Assembly (NCBI GenBank): GCA_963746845.1
Contig: CAVVCZ010000004.1
Coordinates: forward strand, 1,350,407 to 1,414,406
Length of the DNA stretch: 64,000 bases
Direction of reading: 5' to 3'
Source: an uncultured Chloroflexia bacterium
GTDB lineage: Bacteria > Chloroflexota > Limnocylindria > Limnocylindrales > CSP1-4
Part shown: positions 39,596 through 48,728 of the stretch, one piece after another
How positions within the stretch are numbered: the stretch's first letter is position 1
How the letters are laid out: every line of letters begins with the position of its first letter
The notes under the pieces: generated by a model
Database searches by the model: none
What the model saw: only the letters and a program-made list of their open reading frames with translations
Told to the model about the DNA's origin: nothing
Program-made: the position numbers and the translations under genes

Positions 39596-40755
39596 CGGAC
39601 GAGGCTCAGCCCGAGCTCGCGGGCGACGAGAAGCGACGATGCGCCCCGGATGACGACGTTGGTCGTCGGCCGCCCGACCTGGATGTCGAGCGTGTCGGCC
39701 AGGAGCGCGAGCGCGCCGCCGGCGGCCTGGCGGCGGACGGCGGCCAGCCAACGGTCGCCGAGCTCCGTGACCGGGCCGAGGAGGACGATCCGCTCGATGT
39801 CCAGCGCGCCCGTCAGGGCGGCGATCGACCGGCCGAGGGCCTTGCCCGCGTCCTCGACGATCTCGACCGCCCAGGCCTCGCCTGCGTCCGCGGCGACGCG
39901 GACGGCAGCGAGGTCGGTCGGGTCGCCCGTCGCGGCCGTCGCCCGGGCCTCGATGGCGCGCATGCCCGCGATCGTCTCGAGGCAGCCCGTCCGCCCGCAG
40001 CGGCACAACGCGCCATCGTCGTCGACGACGATGTGGCCGATCTCGCCGGCACCGGAGCCGTCGCCCTGGAAGAGCGCTCCGCGGAGGATCAGCCCGGCCC
40101 CGACGCCGCGCCCGACGCGGATCGCGATCAGGTTCGGGACGCGCCCGCCACCCGCGAACGTGTACTCGGCGAGGGCCGCTGCCTGCGAGTCGTTGGCGAC
40201 GTTGACCGGGACGTCGTAGCGGTCGCGGACCATCGCCCCGAGCGGCAGGTCGCGCCAGTCGAGGTTGACCGCGCGCCGGATCGTGCCGGTCCGGCTGTCG
40301 ACGAGACCGGGCGTCCCGATGCCGATCCCGAGGAGCGGGGCGGCAATGCCGTCGAGCAGCTCGTCGAGGAGGACGTAGACCAGCTGCACGGCGTCATCGC
40401 CGTCCCTGCCGGCGACCGGCAGCTCCACGGTGCGGCGGATCTCGCCGCGGAGGTTGACGAGGGATCCGGCGAACTGCTCCTCGCCCAGGTCGAGCCCGAC
40501 GACGAGGCGGGCGTCCTGGTCGACCTCGAGGAGGATCGGGGCCTTGCCACCGCTCGACGGCCCGCGACCGATCTCGCGGACGACGCCGTCGTCGATCAGG
40601 CCGGTGACGACGTCCGAGACGGTCGTGCGGGTCAGGCCGGTCTGACGGGCGACGTCGGCGCGGCTGATCGGCCCGAGGTCGTAGACCGTGCGGACCACGA
40701 GTCGCTCGTTGTGGTCGCGGGTCTGCTGGTGGGTGGCCTTGGTCGGAAGCGCCAT
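39592..40755 (-). CDS. ROK family transcriptional repressor (NagC/XylR-like)
   Basis: ISRADVARQTGLTRTTVS HTH, GEIGH, CRCGRTGCLE. Start ATG 40755. Confidence 0.92.
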   Translation of the reverse strand: MALPTKATHQQTRDHNERLVVRTVYDLGPISRADVARQTGLTRTTVSDVVTGLIDDGVVREIGRGPSSGGKAPILLEVDQDARLVVGLDLGEEQFAGSLVNLRGEIRRTVELPVAGRDGDDAVQLVYVLLDELLDGIAAPLLGIGIGTPGLVDSRTGTIRRAVNLDWRDLPLGAMVRDRYDVPVNVANDSQAAALAEYTFAGGGRVPNLIAIRVGRGVGAGLILRGALFQGDGSGAGEIGHIVVDDDGALCRCGRTGCLETIAGMRAIEARATAATGDPTDLAAVRVAADAGEAWAVEIVEDAGKALGRSIAALTGALDIERIVLLGPVTELGDRWLAAVRRQAAGGALALLADTLDIQVGRPTTNVVIRGASSLLVARELGLSLVR

Positions 40756-40805
40756 GCGGTCGCCGGGCCCTCGCACACCGGACGGCGACCGCTCCTCCGC
40801 GACCG

Positions 40806-40870
40806 ACTTCGTCCAGTCGGTGGACAAAGTAGACGTGGGTCGCGGACTTTGTCAAGACGGTGGACGAAGT
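40806..40870 (-). promoter_or_regulatory. Promoter with two tandem 25-bp ROK operators
   Basis: ACTTCGTCCAGTCGGTGGACAAAGT (40806-40830) and ACTTTGTCAAGACGGTGGACGAAGT (40846-40870). They overlap TTGACA-N18-TACTTT on the minus strand. Confidence 0.85.
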
Positions 40871-40886
40871 TCGGCCGGCGTGCCCC

Positions 40887-42086
40887 TCAGGCGGGCCGCG
40901 ATGCGGCGTGAAGACGAACCGCGGCTCCCACGCCCTTGAGCTCGACCGGGCCGATCTCGCGGAACGCGATCTCCACCCCGCCGGCCGCGTCGACGACTTC
41001 CTGGCTCACGAGCACCTCACCGGGCCGGGCGTACTCGGCGATCCGGGCGGCGAGGTTGACCGTCTGGCCGTAGTAGTCGCCCTCCTGGAAGATCAGCGGA
41101 CCCGCGTGGAGGCCGACATGTGCCGGCGGCAGCCCGGCCTCGGCCACGCCCCCCACCATCTCCACGGCCGCGACGACTCCCGGCCCGGGGTTCGGGAAGT
41201 AGAACATCACTCCGTCGCCCAGCCACTTCACGGCCCTGCCGCCGTACTTGATCGATGTTCGCTGCACCAGCCCACCGAGCGTGTCGGCCAGCTGGGCCGC
41301 GGCGGCGTCGCCGTGCTCGTGGGTCAGCCGCGTGTACCCGGTGATATCGAGGAAGCACATCGCCGGCGGGTGATCGAGACGGCTATGCAGGCCGGCCCCG
41401 ACGAGGGTGGTCTCGAGGCCGTTGATGATGTTGGACGTCCACGTCTTCGTCTGCTGCAGTCGGTACATCTCGATCACGGCCCGTTCCGAGAGGTCGTTCA
41501 TTCGGGTGACGAAGTCCGCCCCGGCGACGGCATCCGGGCGCTCCCCCGCCGTGGTGGCAGGCGCCATCACCTCGGAGTTCCACCAGGCGGACTCCGACTC
41601 GGCCAGCCGGCGCAGGCTGTCGCCGGTCGCTCGCAACAGCCGCTGGATGGCGATCGGGCTGAAGCCGGCGTCGACCTGGAACTCGATGAACTCGGCATAG
41701 GGCATCTCGCCTTCGCGAACGCGATCCTCGGGCAGCGCCAGGCTCGATCCGGTGGCTTCGCGGATGAGCATCAGGAGCTCGATCGGCACCCCGGTCCGCT
41801 CGGCGAGCTGCGCGAACGTGACCCCGCCGAGCGCCGAGAACCGCTCGAAGGCCGGCGCGTCGAGGAAAGCGAGCGAGACCTGTCCGCTGCGGATCGCCGT
41901 CCCCAGGCCGTCCGGCGAGATCCCGGCAGCCTGGAGGCTTCCGACCAGCCCCGCACGGCGCACGTCGCCGGGTGTGAAGCGCCCTTCGCCGTCGGGCTCG
42001 AGGATGCCCAACTCGACGAGTCGATGCAGGTCCTCGACGCTGAGGCCCGCCCGCTCGGCCGCCACGCCGATCTCGTACCGCTCCAC
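40887..42086 (-). CDS. Class III adenylate cyclase with N-terminal MerR-like HTH/regulatory region
   Basis: CFLDITGYT, KWLGDGVM, DYYGQTVNLAARI. The Lys/Asp pair indicates ATP specificity. Confidence 0.88.
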   Translation of the reverse strand: MERYEIGVAAERAGLSVEDLHRLVELGILEPDGEGRFTPGDVRRAGLVGSLQAAGISPDGLGTAIRSGQVSLAFLDAPAFERFSALGGVTFAQLAERTGVPIELLMLIREATGSSLALPEDRVREGEMPYAEFIEFQVDAGFSPIAIQRLLRATGDSLRRLAESESAWWNSEVMAPATTAGERPDAVAGADFVTRMNDLSERAVIEMYRLQQTKTWTSNIINGLETTLVGAGLHSRLDHPPAMCFLDITGYTRLTHEHGDAAAAQLADTLGGLVQRTSIKYGGRAVKWLGDGVMFYFPNPGPGVVAAVEMVGGVAEAGLPPAHVGLHAGPLIFQEGDYYGQTVNLAARIAEYARPGEVLVSQEVVDAAGGVEIAFREIGPVELKGVGAAVRLHAASRPA

Positions 42087-42232
42087 GAGCCGTACTGTAG
42101 CGGTGGAGCGCCGGACGAGGACCGCATGAGATTTCGAGTCAAGGACGGGAGCGCGAGACGGGACTCGTACCGCGACACGCTGCCGGGGACGTCCTTATCA
42201 CGTCAGCGCCGCAGCGTGAAGACGCCTTCGCC

Positions 42233-42523
42233 CTACATCGGCGACGCGTCGTAGACCCGGACGGTCGTGGTATACGGGCAACCCTCGAGCAAGGCTGTCG
42301 CCTCGTGGACGCTCTCCGCCGAGACGATGGCGTAGCCGGTCGCGGCCCCGTCGGCGAGTTCGAGCTCCCGAGCGCCCGATCTCGTCACCTCGAAGCCTGC
42401 CCCGAACGGATTGCCGCTGTCGACGAACCGGTCGCCGACCGCGGCGAACCAGGTCTGCCACGCTGCCATGACCTCGGGCTTCGGCTCCCAGCGATCGTGG
42501 AAGAGGATCAGGAACTTCTTCAT
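42233..42523 (-). CDS. YCII-like protein
   Basis: MKKFLILF, WQTWF, DSGNPF, TGYAIVSAES, LEGCP. Confidence 0.7.
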   Translation of the reverse strand: MKKFLILFHDRWEPKPEVMAAWQTWFAAVGDRFVDSGNPFGAGFEVTRSGARELELADGAATGYAIVSAESVHEATALLEGCPYTTTVRVYDASPM

Positions 42524-42876
42524 GGGGTCTCCTTCTCAAGCCGTGGATCGGTGGCCAGGTATTGCTCGTAGTTCTCGAGGCTCGCTTCGTCCGTTCCCCA
42601 GTAGGCGTGGAACTCGCCGAGCCACGCCTGCAGGCGCACGATCGGTGCCCGCCGGAGCACCAGGTACGTCGTGCGACCCAACTTGCGGCGCTCGACAAGA
42701 CCGGCTTCGTTGAGCACTCGTACGTGCTTGTTGATGGCGGGTAGAGAGAGGCCGCGTAGCTGTGCGAGCCGGCTGATGGAGTCGGGGTGAAGGGCGATCA
42801 TCCGAACGATCTCGCGCCGATGACGGTTGGCGAGAGCCGTGAGCGGGCGATCCAGGTCGTCCGGGGCCTCCGCCAT
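42520..42876 (-). CDS. ArsR/SmtB family transcriptional regulator
   Basis: ALANRHRREI, SLPAINKHVRVLNEAGLV. Confidence 0.88.
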   Translation of the reverse strand: MAEAPDDLDRPLTALANRHRREIVRMIALHPDSISRLAQLRGLSLPAINKHVRVLNEAGLVERRKLGRTTYLVLRRAPIVRLQAWLGEFHAYWGTDEASLENYEQYLATDPRLEKETP

Positions 42877-42892
42877 CCTCGAACCTCTCTCG

Positions 42893-42940
42893 ACAGTTCA
42901 CCGATCGGTTAACTGTAGGCGTCCCGCGAGTTCACGTCAA
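42893..42940 (-). promoter_or_regulatory. ArsR promoter and operator
   Basis: TTGACG-N17-TACAGT on the minus strand, overlapping the dyad ACAGTTCACCGATCGGTTAACTGT (42893-42916). Confidence 0.8.
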
Positions 42941-42970
42941 GGCGGACGGCTGGGGTCGCCCCAGCCACCG

Positions 42971-44548
42971 TCAGTCCAGGAGCTCGCCCGCCCGGATCGT
43001 CAGGAACTCCCGGAAGTCGTCGTCGAGCACGAGGTCGTCGAGAATCTCGGCCGCCTCGGCGAGCCGATCGGCCTCGACCCCGCCGCCGGCCTGGAGCGAC
43101 TCGAGCGCGTCGTCGCGGAACGTGGTGTACAGACCGCCCGTCAGCGACCGGCCGTCCTCCAGACGTGTGCCCGCGGTCCGCCACTGCCAGAGCTGCGACC
43201 GGCTGATCTCCGCGGTCGCGGCGTCCTCCATCAGGTTGTTGATCGCCGCGGCACCATTCCCCCCGAGCCACGCCGCCAGGTATTGCAGGGCGACCGACAC
43301 GTTCAGGCGGACCCCCGCCTCGGTCACGCGGCCGCCGGGCACGCGGAAGTCGAGCAGGTCCGCGGGCGCGACCGCGACGGGCTCCCCACGGCGACGCGAC
43401 AGCTGGTTCGGCCGGTCGCCGAGAACCTCGTTGAAGATCTCCGTCGCGAGCGGCACGAGGTCCGGGTGGGCGACCCACGTCCCGTCGAAGCCGTCGCCGG
43501 ACTCGCGCTCCTTGTCATCGCGGACACGGGCCATCGCGGTGGCGTTGACCTCCGCGTCGCGACGCGACGGGATGAACGCCGCCATCCCGCCGATCGCATG
43601 TGCGCCCCGGCGGTGGCATGTCCGGACGAGCAGCTCCGTGTAGGCGCGCATGAAGGGCGTGGTCATCGTCAGCTGGGCGCGTTCCGGCAGGACGCGATCC
43701 GGGCGCGTCCGGAACGTCTTGATGCAGCTGAACAGGTAGTCCCAGCGCCCCGCGTTCAGGCCGGTCGCATGCGGGCCGAGGGCATGCAGGATCTCGTCCA
43801 TCTGGAACGCCGCGTGGATCGTCTCGATCAGGACCGTCGCCCGCGTCGCGCCGGCCGGCAGACCGAGCCGCGCCTCCGACCAGTCGAACACGTCGGACCA
43901 CAGGGCGGCCTCGGTCGCCGCCTGGAGCTTCGGCAGGTAGTAATACGGCGCGACGCCGCGCCGCACCCGCTCGCCGCCGTTGTGGAACAGGTCGAGGCCC
44001 GCGTCGAACAGGGACGCGCTCATCGGCCGGCCGTCGACGAGGACGTGGCGCTCCTCGAGATGCCAGCCGCGGGGCCGGACGACGAGGGTCGCGATCTCGT
44101 CGTTCAACCGGTACAGCTTGCCCTCCGGGCTGTCGAACCGGAGATCGTGGCGGACGGCCGAGCGGATCGCGATCTGGCCGCCGACGACGTTCGCCCAGCC
44201 CGGGCTCAGCGAGTCCTCGAGGTCGGCCATGAAGACGCGGGCGCCGGAGTTGAGGGCGTTGATCATCATCTTCGGCTCGGCCGGGCCGGTGATCTCGACC
44301 CGTCGATCGGCGAGCGCGGGCGGGGCCGGCGGGACGGTCCAGTCGCCGGTCCGGATGTCGGCGGTCGCCGGATCGACGTCGAGGTCCGCGCCGGCGTCGA
44401 TCGCGGCCTGACGGTCGCGACGGGCCCCGAGGAGCGCCTCGCGGCGCGGCCCGAACCGGGTCTCGAGGTCGGCGAGGAAGGCGAGCGCAGCGGGCGTGAG
44501 GATCTCGTCCGTGCCCGCCGCGGGGCGTGGGGCAGCGATCTCGATCAC
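42971..44548 (-). CDS. aceB: Malate synthase A
   Basis: [58 protein letters not shown]. Start approximate. Confidence 0.95.
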   Translation of the reverse strand: MIEIAAPRPAAGTDEILTPAALAFLADLETRFGPRREALLGARRDRQAAIDAGADLDVDPATADIRTGDWTVPPAPPALADRRVEITGPAEPKMMINALNSGARVFMADLEDSLSPGWANVVGGQIAIRSAVRHDLRFDSPEGKLYRLNDEIATLVVRPRGWHLEERHVLVDGRPMSASLFDAGLDLFHNGGERVRRGVAPYYYLPKLQAATEAALWSDVFDWSEARLGLPAGATRATVLIETIHAAFQMDEILHALGPHATGLNAGRWDYLFSCIKTFRTRPDRVLPERAQLTMTTPFMRAYTELLVRTCHRRGAHAIGGMAAFIPSRRDAEVNATAMARVRDDKERESGDGFDGTWVAHPDLVPLATEIFNEVLGDRPNQLSRRRGEPVAVAPADLLDFRVPGGRVTEAGVRLNVSVALQYLAAWLGGNGAAAINNLMEDAATAEISRSQLWQWRTAGTRLEDGRSLTGGLYTTFRDDALESLQAGGGVEADRLAEAAEILDDLVLDDDFREFLTIRAGELLD

Positions 44549-44570
44549 GAGCGGTGACTCCGCGGCACGG

Positions 44571-44750
44571 TCATTCGGGGCCGATGTGGTAGCCGAGCCG
44601 GCGGGGGACCCGGGACAGCTCGGCCACGAGGCGCGGGATCGGGCGATCCGCTTCCTCGTCCGCCTCACGGCGGGCGGCCGCATCGCGGAAGACCCGCGCG
44701 CCGACGCCCCGGAACGGCTCCGGCGGGAATGCGCGCGGGGTCGCGCTCAC
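44571..44750 (-). CDS. Small hypothetical protein (59 aa)
   Basis: GTGA-coupled to the FAD subunit stop. [36 protein letters not shown]... Confidence 0.4.
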   Translation of the reverse strand: MSATPRAFPPEPFRGVGARVFRDAAARREADEEADRPIPRLVAELSRVPRRLGYHIGPE

Positions 44751-45637
44751 CAGCCCCCCGCCTCCCGGATCATCCGATGGAGTGACCGGGCCGCGACGAC
44801 GCGCCGATAGTCGGCGGTCGAACGGACGTCGTCGATCGGGTGGATCTCGGCCGCCAGCGCCTCGGCGGCGGCGTCGGCGGTCTCGGGGCTGGGCGGGGCC
44901 CCTTCGAGGACCCGCTCCGTGGCCGGAGCCCGGATCGGACGGTCGGCCACCGAACCCAGGGCGAGCCGGACGTCGTGCCAGGCACCGTTCCGGACCGGGA
45001 CGCCGGCGGCGGACGCGTCCTCCCGCCACGACAGGGCGAGCACGACCTTGCTGATCGCCTGGGCCCGCCGCGTCCCGATCTTGCGGAACCGGGTCTCGCG
45101 ACCGCCGGACAGCGGGATCCGGACCCGCAGGATCAGCTCGTCCGGGGCGAGGGCGGTCCGCCGGTAGGCCACCCAGAACGCCCCGGCGGGGATCGTCCGC
45201 TCCCCGCGCGGTCCGCCGACGACGAACGCGGCGTCCATGGCGAGGAGCACCGGCAGGGTGTCGCCAGCGGGCGACGCGTTGGCGGCGTTCCCGCCGAGCG
45301 TCCCGCGGTTCTGGATCTGGGCCGCGCCGATCGTCGCGGCAGCCTCGACGAGCGCCGGCAGGTGCTCGCGACAGACGCCGGATCGGCGGATCTCGGTGTA
45401 GGTCGTCCGGGCGCCCAGCACCATCGCATCGCCGTCCACCGAGATCCCGCGCAGCTCTCCGAGACGCGACAGGTCGAGCATCCGGCGCGGCGGCTCGCCG
45501 ATCTCGCCCGTGATCCGGACCATCACATCGGTCCCGCCCGCGATCGGGGTGATCGGCTCGTCGGCGGTCGCGCCGGCGAGGATCGTCCAGGCCTCGACGA
45601 GCGACGCCGGCGTCTCGATCGGTGGTTCGACGGGCAC
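44747..45637 (-). CDS. Xanthine dehydrogenase family FAD-binding subunit
   Basis: IAGGTDV, TIGAAQIQNRGTLGGN, NASPAGD, PIDDVRSTADYR. Confidence 0.9.
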   Translation of the reverse strand: MPVEPPIETPASLVEAWTILAGATADEPITPIAGGTDVMVRITGEIGEPPRRMLDLSRLGELRGISVDGDAMVLGARTTYTEIRRSGVCREHLPALVEAAATIGAAQIQNRGTLGGNAANASPAGDTLPVLLAMDAAFVVGGPRGERTIPAGAFWVAYRRTALAPDELILRVRIPLSGGRETRFRKIGTRRAQAISKVVLALSWREDASAAGVPVRNGAWHDVRLALGSVADRPIRAPATERVLEGAPPSPETADAAAEALAAEIHPIDDVRSTADYRRVVAARSLHRMIREAGGW

Positions 45638-45640
45638 CGG

Positions 45641-46114
45641 TCAGCGCCCGCCGGCCGCGATCGCGATCGCCTCGACGATCTTCGTGTAGCCCGTGCACCG
45701 GCAGAGGTTGCCCGCGATCGACTCGCGGATCGCACCCTCGTCGGTGCCGCCGCCCGCGTTGAGGTACGCCCGCGCCGCCATCAGCATCCCCGGCGTGCAG
45801 ATCCCGCACTGCGCGCCACCCGCCTCGAGGAAGGCCGACTGGAGCGGATCGAGGACGGGGCCTTCCGGCGACGGCTGGGCGAGTCCCTCGACGGTCGCGA
45901 CCGCGGCGCCGTCGACCTGGCAGACCGGGACGAGGCAGGAGTCGACCGGGGCCCCGTCGAGGAGGACGGTACACGCGCCGCACTCGCCCTCGCCGCAGCC
46001 CTCCTTGGTGCCCGTCAGCCCCAGGTCCTCGCGCAGGACGTCGAGGAGACGCCGCATCCCGGGCGCCTCGACCTCGATCGGCTCCGTGTTCACCGTGAAC
46101 CGCCAGGTCATCAC
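45641..46114 (-). CDS. Xanthine dehydrogenase family 2Fe-2S subunit
   Basis: GTKEGCGEGECGACT, QCGICTPG, NLCRCTGY. Confidence 0.93.
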   Translation of the reverse strand: MMTWRFTVNTEPIEVEAPGMRRLLDVLREDLGLTGTKEGCGEGECGACTVLLDGAPVDSCLVPVCQVDGAAVATVEGLAQPSPEGPVLDPLQSAFLEAGGAQCGICTPGMLMAARAYLNAGGGTDEGAIRESIAGNLCRCTGYTKIVEAIAIAAGGR

Positions 46115-48438
46115 GCGGCGGTGACCCCGATCGCGGCGAGGATCCGCTCCGGCGACGCGGGCAGCTCATGGACCCAGACGCCGGTCGCGTCGTGGATCGC
46201 GGCCACGACCGCCGGCGCCCCGACGTCCATCGGCAGCTCGCCGACCCCCTTGGCGCCGTGCGGAGCGCCGCTGAACGGCGCCTCGACGAGGATCGTCGTG
46301 ATCCGCGGCGCATCGAGGGCGGTCGGGATGATGTACGTCGCGAGCCGATCGTTCAGGTACCGGCCGTCCCTCAGCTTGATCTCCTCGATCGTCGCGTAGC
46401 CGATCGCCTGGAGCGTGCCGCCCTCGACCTGGCCCTCGGCCAGCACGGGGTGGATGACCCGGCCGATGTCATCGGCCGCGACGACGTCCCGGACGGTGAC
46501 CTCGCCGCTGTCGAGATCGACGTCCACCGTCGCCACGCACGCTGCCCAGCCGAACGCGGGGTAGGCGTCGCCGCGGTAGGTCTCGTCGTCGAAGTGGACG
46601 TGCGGGTAGGGCTCGAACCGCTCGTCGATCCGGGTGGGTCCGTGCGCCGCGGCATCGGCGACGCGGACGTCGGCGAACGGCCGGCCGCCGTTCCGGTCCT
46701 CGACCGTCGCCCGCAGCCGGCGCGCGGCCGTGACGAGGAGCCCGCCGACCACCATCGCGGTCCGGCTCGCGACCGTCGGGCCCGAATCCGGCACGAGCGC
46801 GGTGTCCTGCGGGGCCATGTCGACCTCGTCCACCGCCAGCCCGAGCTCCGCGGCGACCAGCTGCGGAAAGATCGTCTTCGTCCCCTGCCCCATCTCGGTC
46901 GACCCGGTCAGGACGCGGACGCGGCCGTCGCCCGACAGCTCCAGCGACGCCACGCTGGCGAGCTTCACCTCGCCCGAGCCGGTGAACCCGGCTCCGTGGA
47001 ACGCGAGCGCGACGCCGACGCCCGACGCCACGCGATCGCGGCCCGTCCGCAACGGCGACCGCGGCACGTTGCCGCTCCCGGCGCGCCGCGCCCGGGCGCG
47101 CTCGGTCCGAGCGCGCACGCCCTCGAACTCGGCCGCCTCCGCGGCGCGCTCGAGGACCTCCTCGGCGGCGACGCTCTCCCGGAGGACCTGGCCGGTCGGT
47201 GTCTCGTCGCCGAGTCGGTACAGGTTCCGGCGGCGGATCTCGAGCGGGCTGATCCCGAGGGCTTCGGCCACTCGGCCGAGCTGGATCTCGGCGGCGAACT
47301 CGACCTGCGGTGCCCCGAACCCGCGGAAGGCGCCGTTCGGCGGCGTGTTGGTGCGCGTCGCCCGGGCACGGATCCGGACGTTCGGACAGCGATACGGGCC
47401 GCCGGCGTGGATCGCGCCGCGCGACAGGACGACCGGCGTCAGCGTGCAGTACGCGCCGCCATCCATCACGACCTCGATCTCCTGGGCCACCAGCGTGCCG
47501 TCCGCCTTGACGCCGGTGCGGTGGGTGACGACCGCCGGGTGCCGCTTCGTCGTCGCGGACAGGTCCTCGTGACGGTCGTAGATCATCCGGACCGGCTTGC
47601 CCGCCTTCAGCGCGAGGAGGGCGGCGTGGAGCGCGACGATCGAGGGGTACTCCTCCTTGCCGCCGAACCCGCCGCCCGTCTCGGCCTGGACGACCCGGGC
47701 CTGGTCATCCCCGAGGCGCAGGGCCCGCTTCATCGCCTTGTGGATGTAGTACGGGCACTGGAGCGAGCCGTGGACCGCGACGCCGCCGTCCTCGCGGGGC
47801 ACCGCGATCATCCCGTTGTTCTCGATGTACAGCTGTTCCTGGTGGCCGACACGGTACGTCCCCTCGATCACGAGGTCGGCGGCCGCGAACCCCGCCGCGA
47901 GGTCGCCCGTCCCGATGTCGTAGTGGGCGAAGACGTGGTCGCTCTCGAGCGGGTCGAACACGGGCGGGAGGGGCGTGGCCCGGATCGCGACGCCGCCCCG
48001 GGCGCGGCGGAGCGTCTCGCGGTCGGCCGCCGCCAGCAGGACGAGCGGCTCGGCGTGGTGCTGGATCTCGCCACCGACCGGGACGAGGACCGGCTGGTCG
48101 TCGCTGATCAGGCTGACGATGTTGTCGCCGGGGATGTCGGCGGCGGTCACGACCACGATCTTCGACCAGTCGAGGGCGGGATCGAGGTCGACGCCGTCGA
48201 AGCGGGCGTGGGCGTCGGTGGACCGGATCGTCGCGCCGTACCACGCCCCGGGGAACACGAGATCGTCGGCGTACTTCGCCTCGCCGGTCAGCTTCGCGGG
48301 TCCCTCGCGGCGGAGCGGGGCGTCGGCGCGGGCGCGACCCGGCGTGATCGTTCCGGGCGGGACGACGAGCGGGTCCGGCGCGCTCCGGCTCGGCGCGACC
48401 GGTGTCATCGTCCGGCCGGGCGGGGTCCGGATCGTCAT
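46111..48438 (-). CDS. Xanthine dehydrogenase family molybdopterin-binding subunit
   Basis: GGGFGGKEE, AFRGFG, EMGQG, GQVEGG, AKGVGELP. AAAGGAGG upstream of ATG 48438. Confidence 0.92.
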   Translation of the reverse strand: MTIRTPPGRTMTPVAPSRSAPDPLVVPPGTITPGRARADAPLRREGPAKLTGEAKYADDLVFPGAWYGATIRSTDAHARFDGVDLDPALDWSKIVVVTAADIPGDNIVSLISDDQPVLVPVGGEIQHHAEPLVLLAAADRETLRRARGGVAIRATPLPPVFDPLESDHVFAHYDIGTGDLAAGFAAADLVIEGTYRVGHQEQLYIENNGMIAVPREDGGVAVHGSLQCPYYIHKAMKRALRLGDDQARVVQAETGGGFGGKEEYPSIVALHAALLALKAGKPVRMIYDRHEDLSATTKRHPAVVTHRTGVKADGTLVAQEIEVVMDGGAYCTLTPVVLSRGAIHAGGPYRCPNVRIRARATRTNTPPNGAFRGFGAPQVEFAAEIQLGRVAEALGISPLEIRRRNLYRLGDETPTGQVLRESVAAEEVLERAAEAAEFEGVRARTERARARRAGSGNVPRSPLRTGRDRVASGVGVALAFHGAGFTGSGEVKLASVASLELSGDGRVRVLTGSTEMGQGTKTIFPQLVAAELGLAVDEVDMAPQDTALVPDSGPTVASRTAMVVGGLLVTAARRLRATVEDRNGGRPFADVRVADAAAHGPTRIDERFEPYPHVHFDDETYRGDAYPAFGWAACVATVDVDLDSGEVTVRDVVAADDIGRVIHPVLAEGQVEGGTLQAIGYATIEEIKLRDGRYLNDRLATYIIPTALDAPRITTILVEAPFSGAPHGAKGVGELPMDVGAPAVVAAIHDATGVWVHELPASPERILAAIGVTAA

Positions 48439-48494
48439 GCCGCGGCGGTCCCTCCTTTCGGTGAGCGTACCACCGGGCGACGGCCGGCCGGGGA

Positions 48495-48646
48495 CCTCCC
48501 CGGACGTCACCGGACGTCTCCGATGCCCACTGGACGGCCCCGGCGCCGCGGTGTCCACCCCGCTCCCCATCCTGCCCCCTCGCACCGGACCCGCTCGTTG
48601 CGGCATCGCACCGGCAACTGGTCCGGGGACGCCCAGGACCATCGTC
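48495..48646 (-). repeat. Intergenic element, copy B, in the leader of the XDH operon
   Basis: Exact 12-mers at 48495-48506 and 48581-48592 shared with copy A. The minus-strand RNA can form nested stems GUCCUG/CAGGAU, CCGGACC/GGUCCGG and GUUGC/GCAAC. Confidence 0.55.
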
Positions 48647-48728
48647 AGGGGGGTGGGGCGCCCTCTATCGTGGCGCTCGCTTCATCACTCGGTCCTCGCG
48701 ATCATCCAGTTCTCGGGAGCCCTCATCG

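Noticed and set aside
48440-48670. Known riboswitch (Moco, xanthine/NMT1, purine, ykkC) in the XDH leader
   Set aside because: Only short fragments such as GAAAGGAG resemble these consensuses and the core motifs are absent by eye. An Rfam scan is needed.
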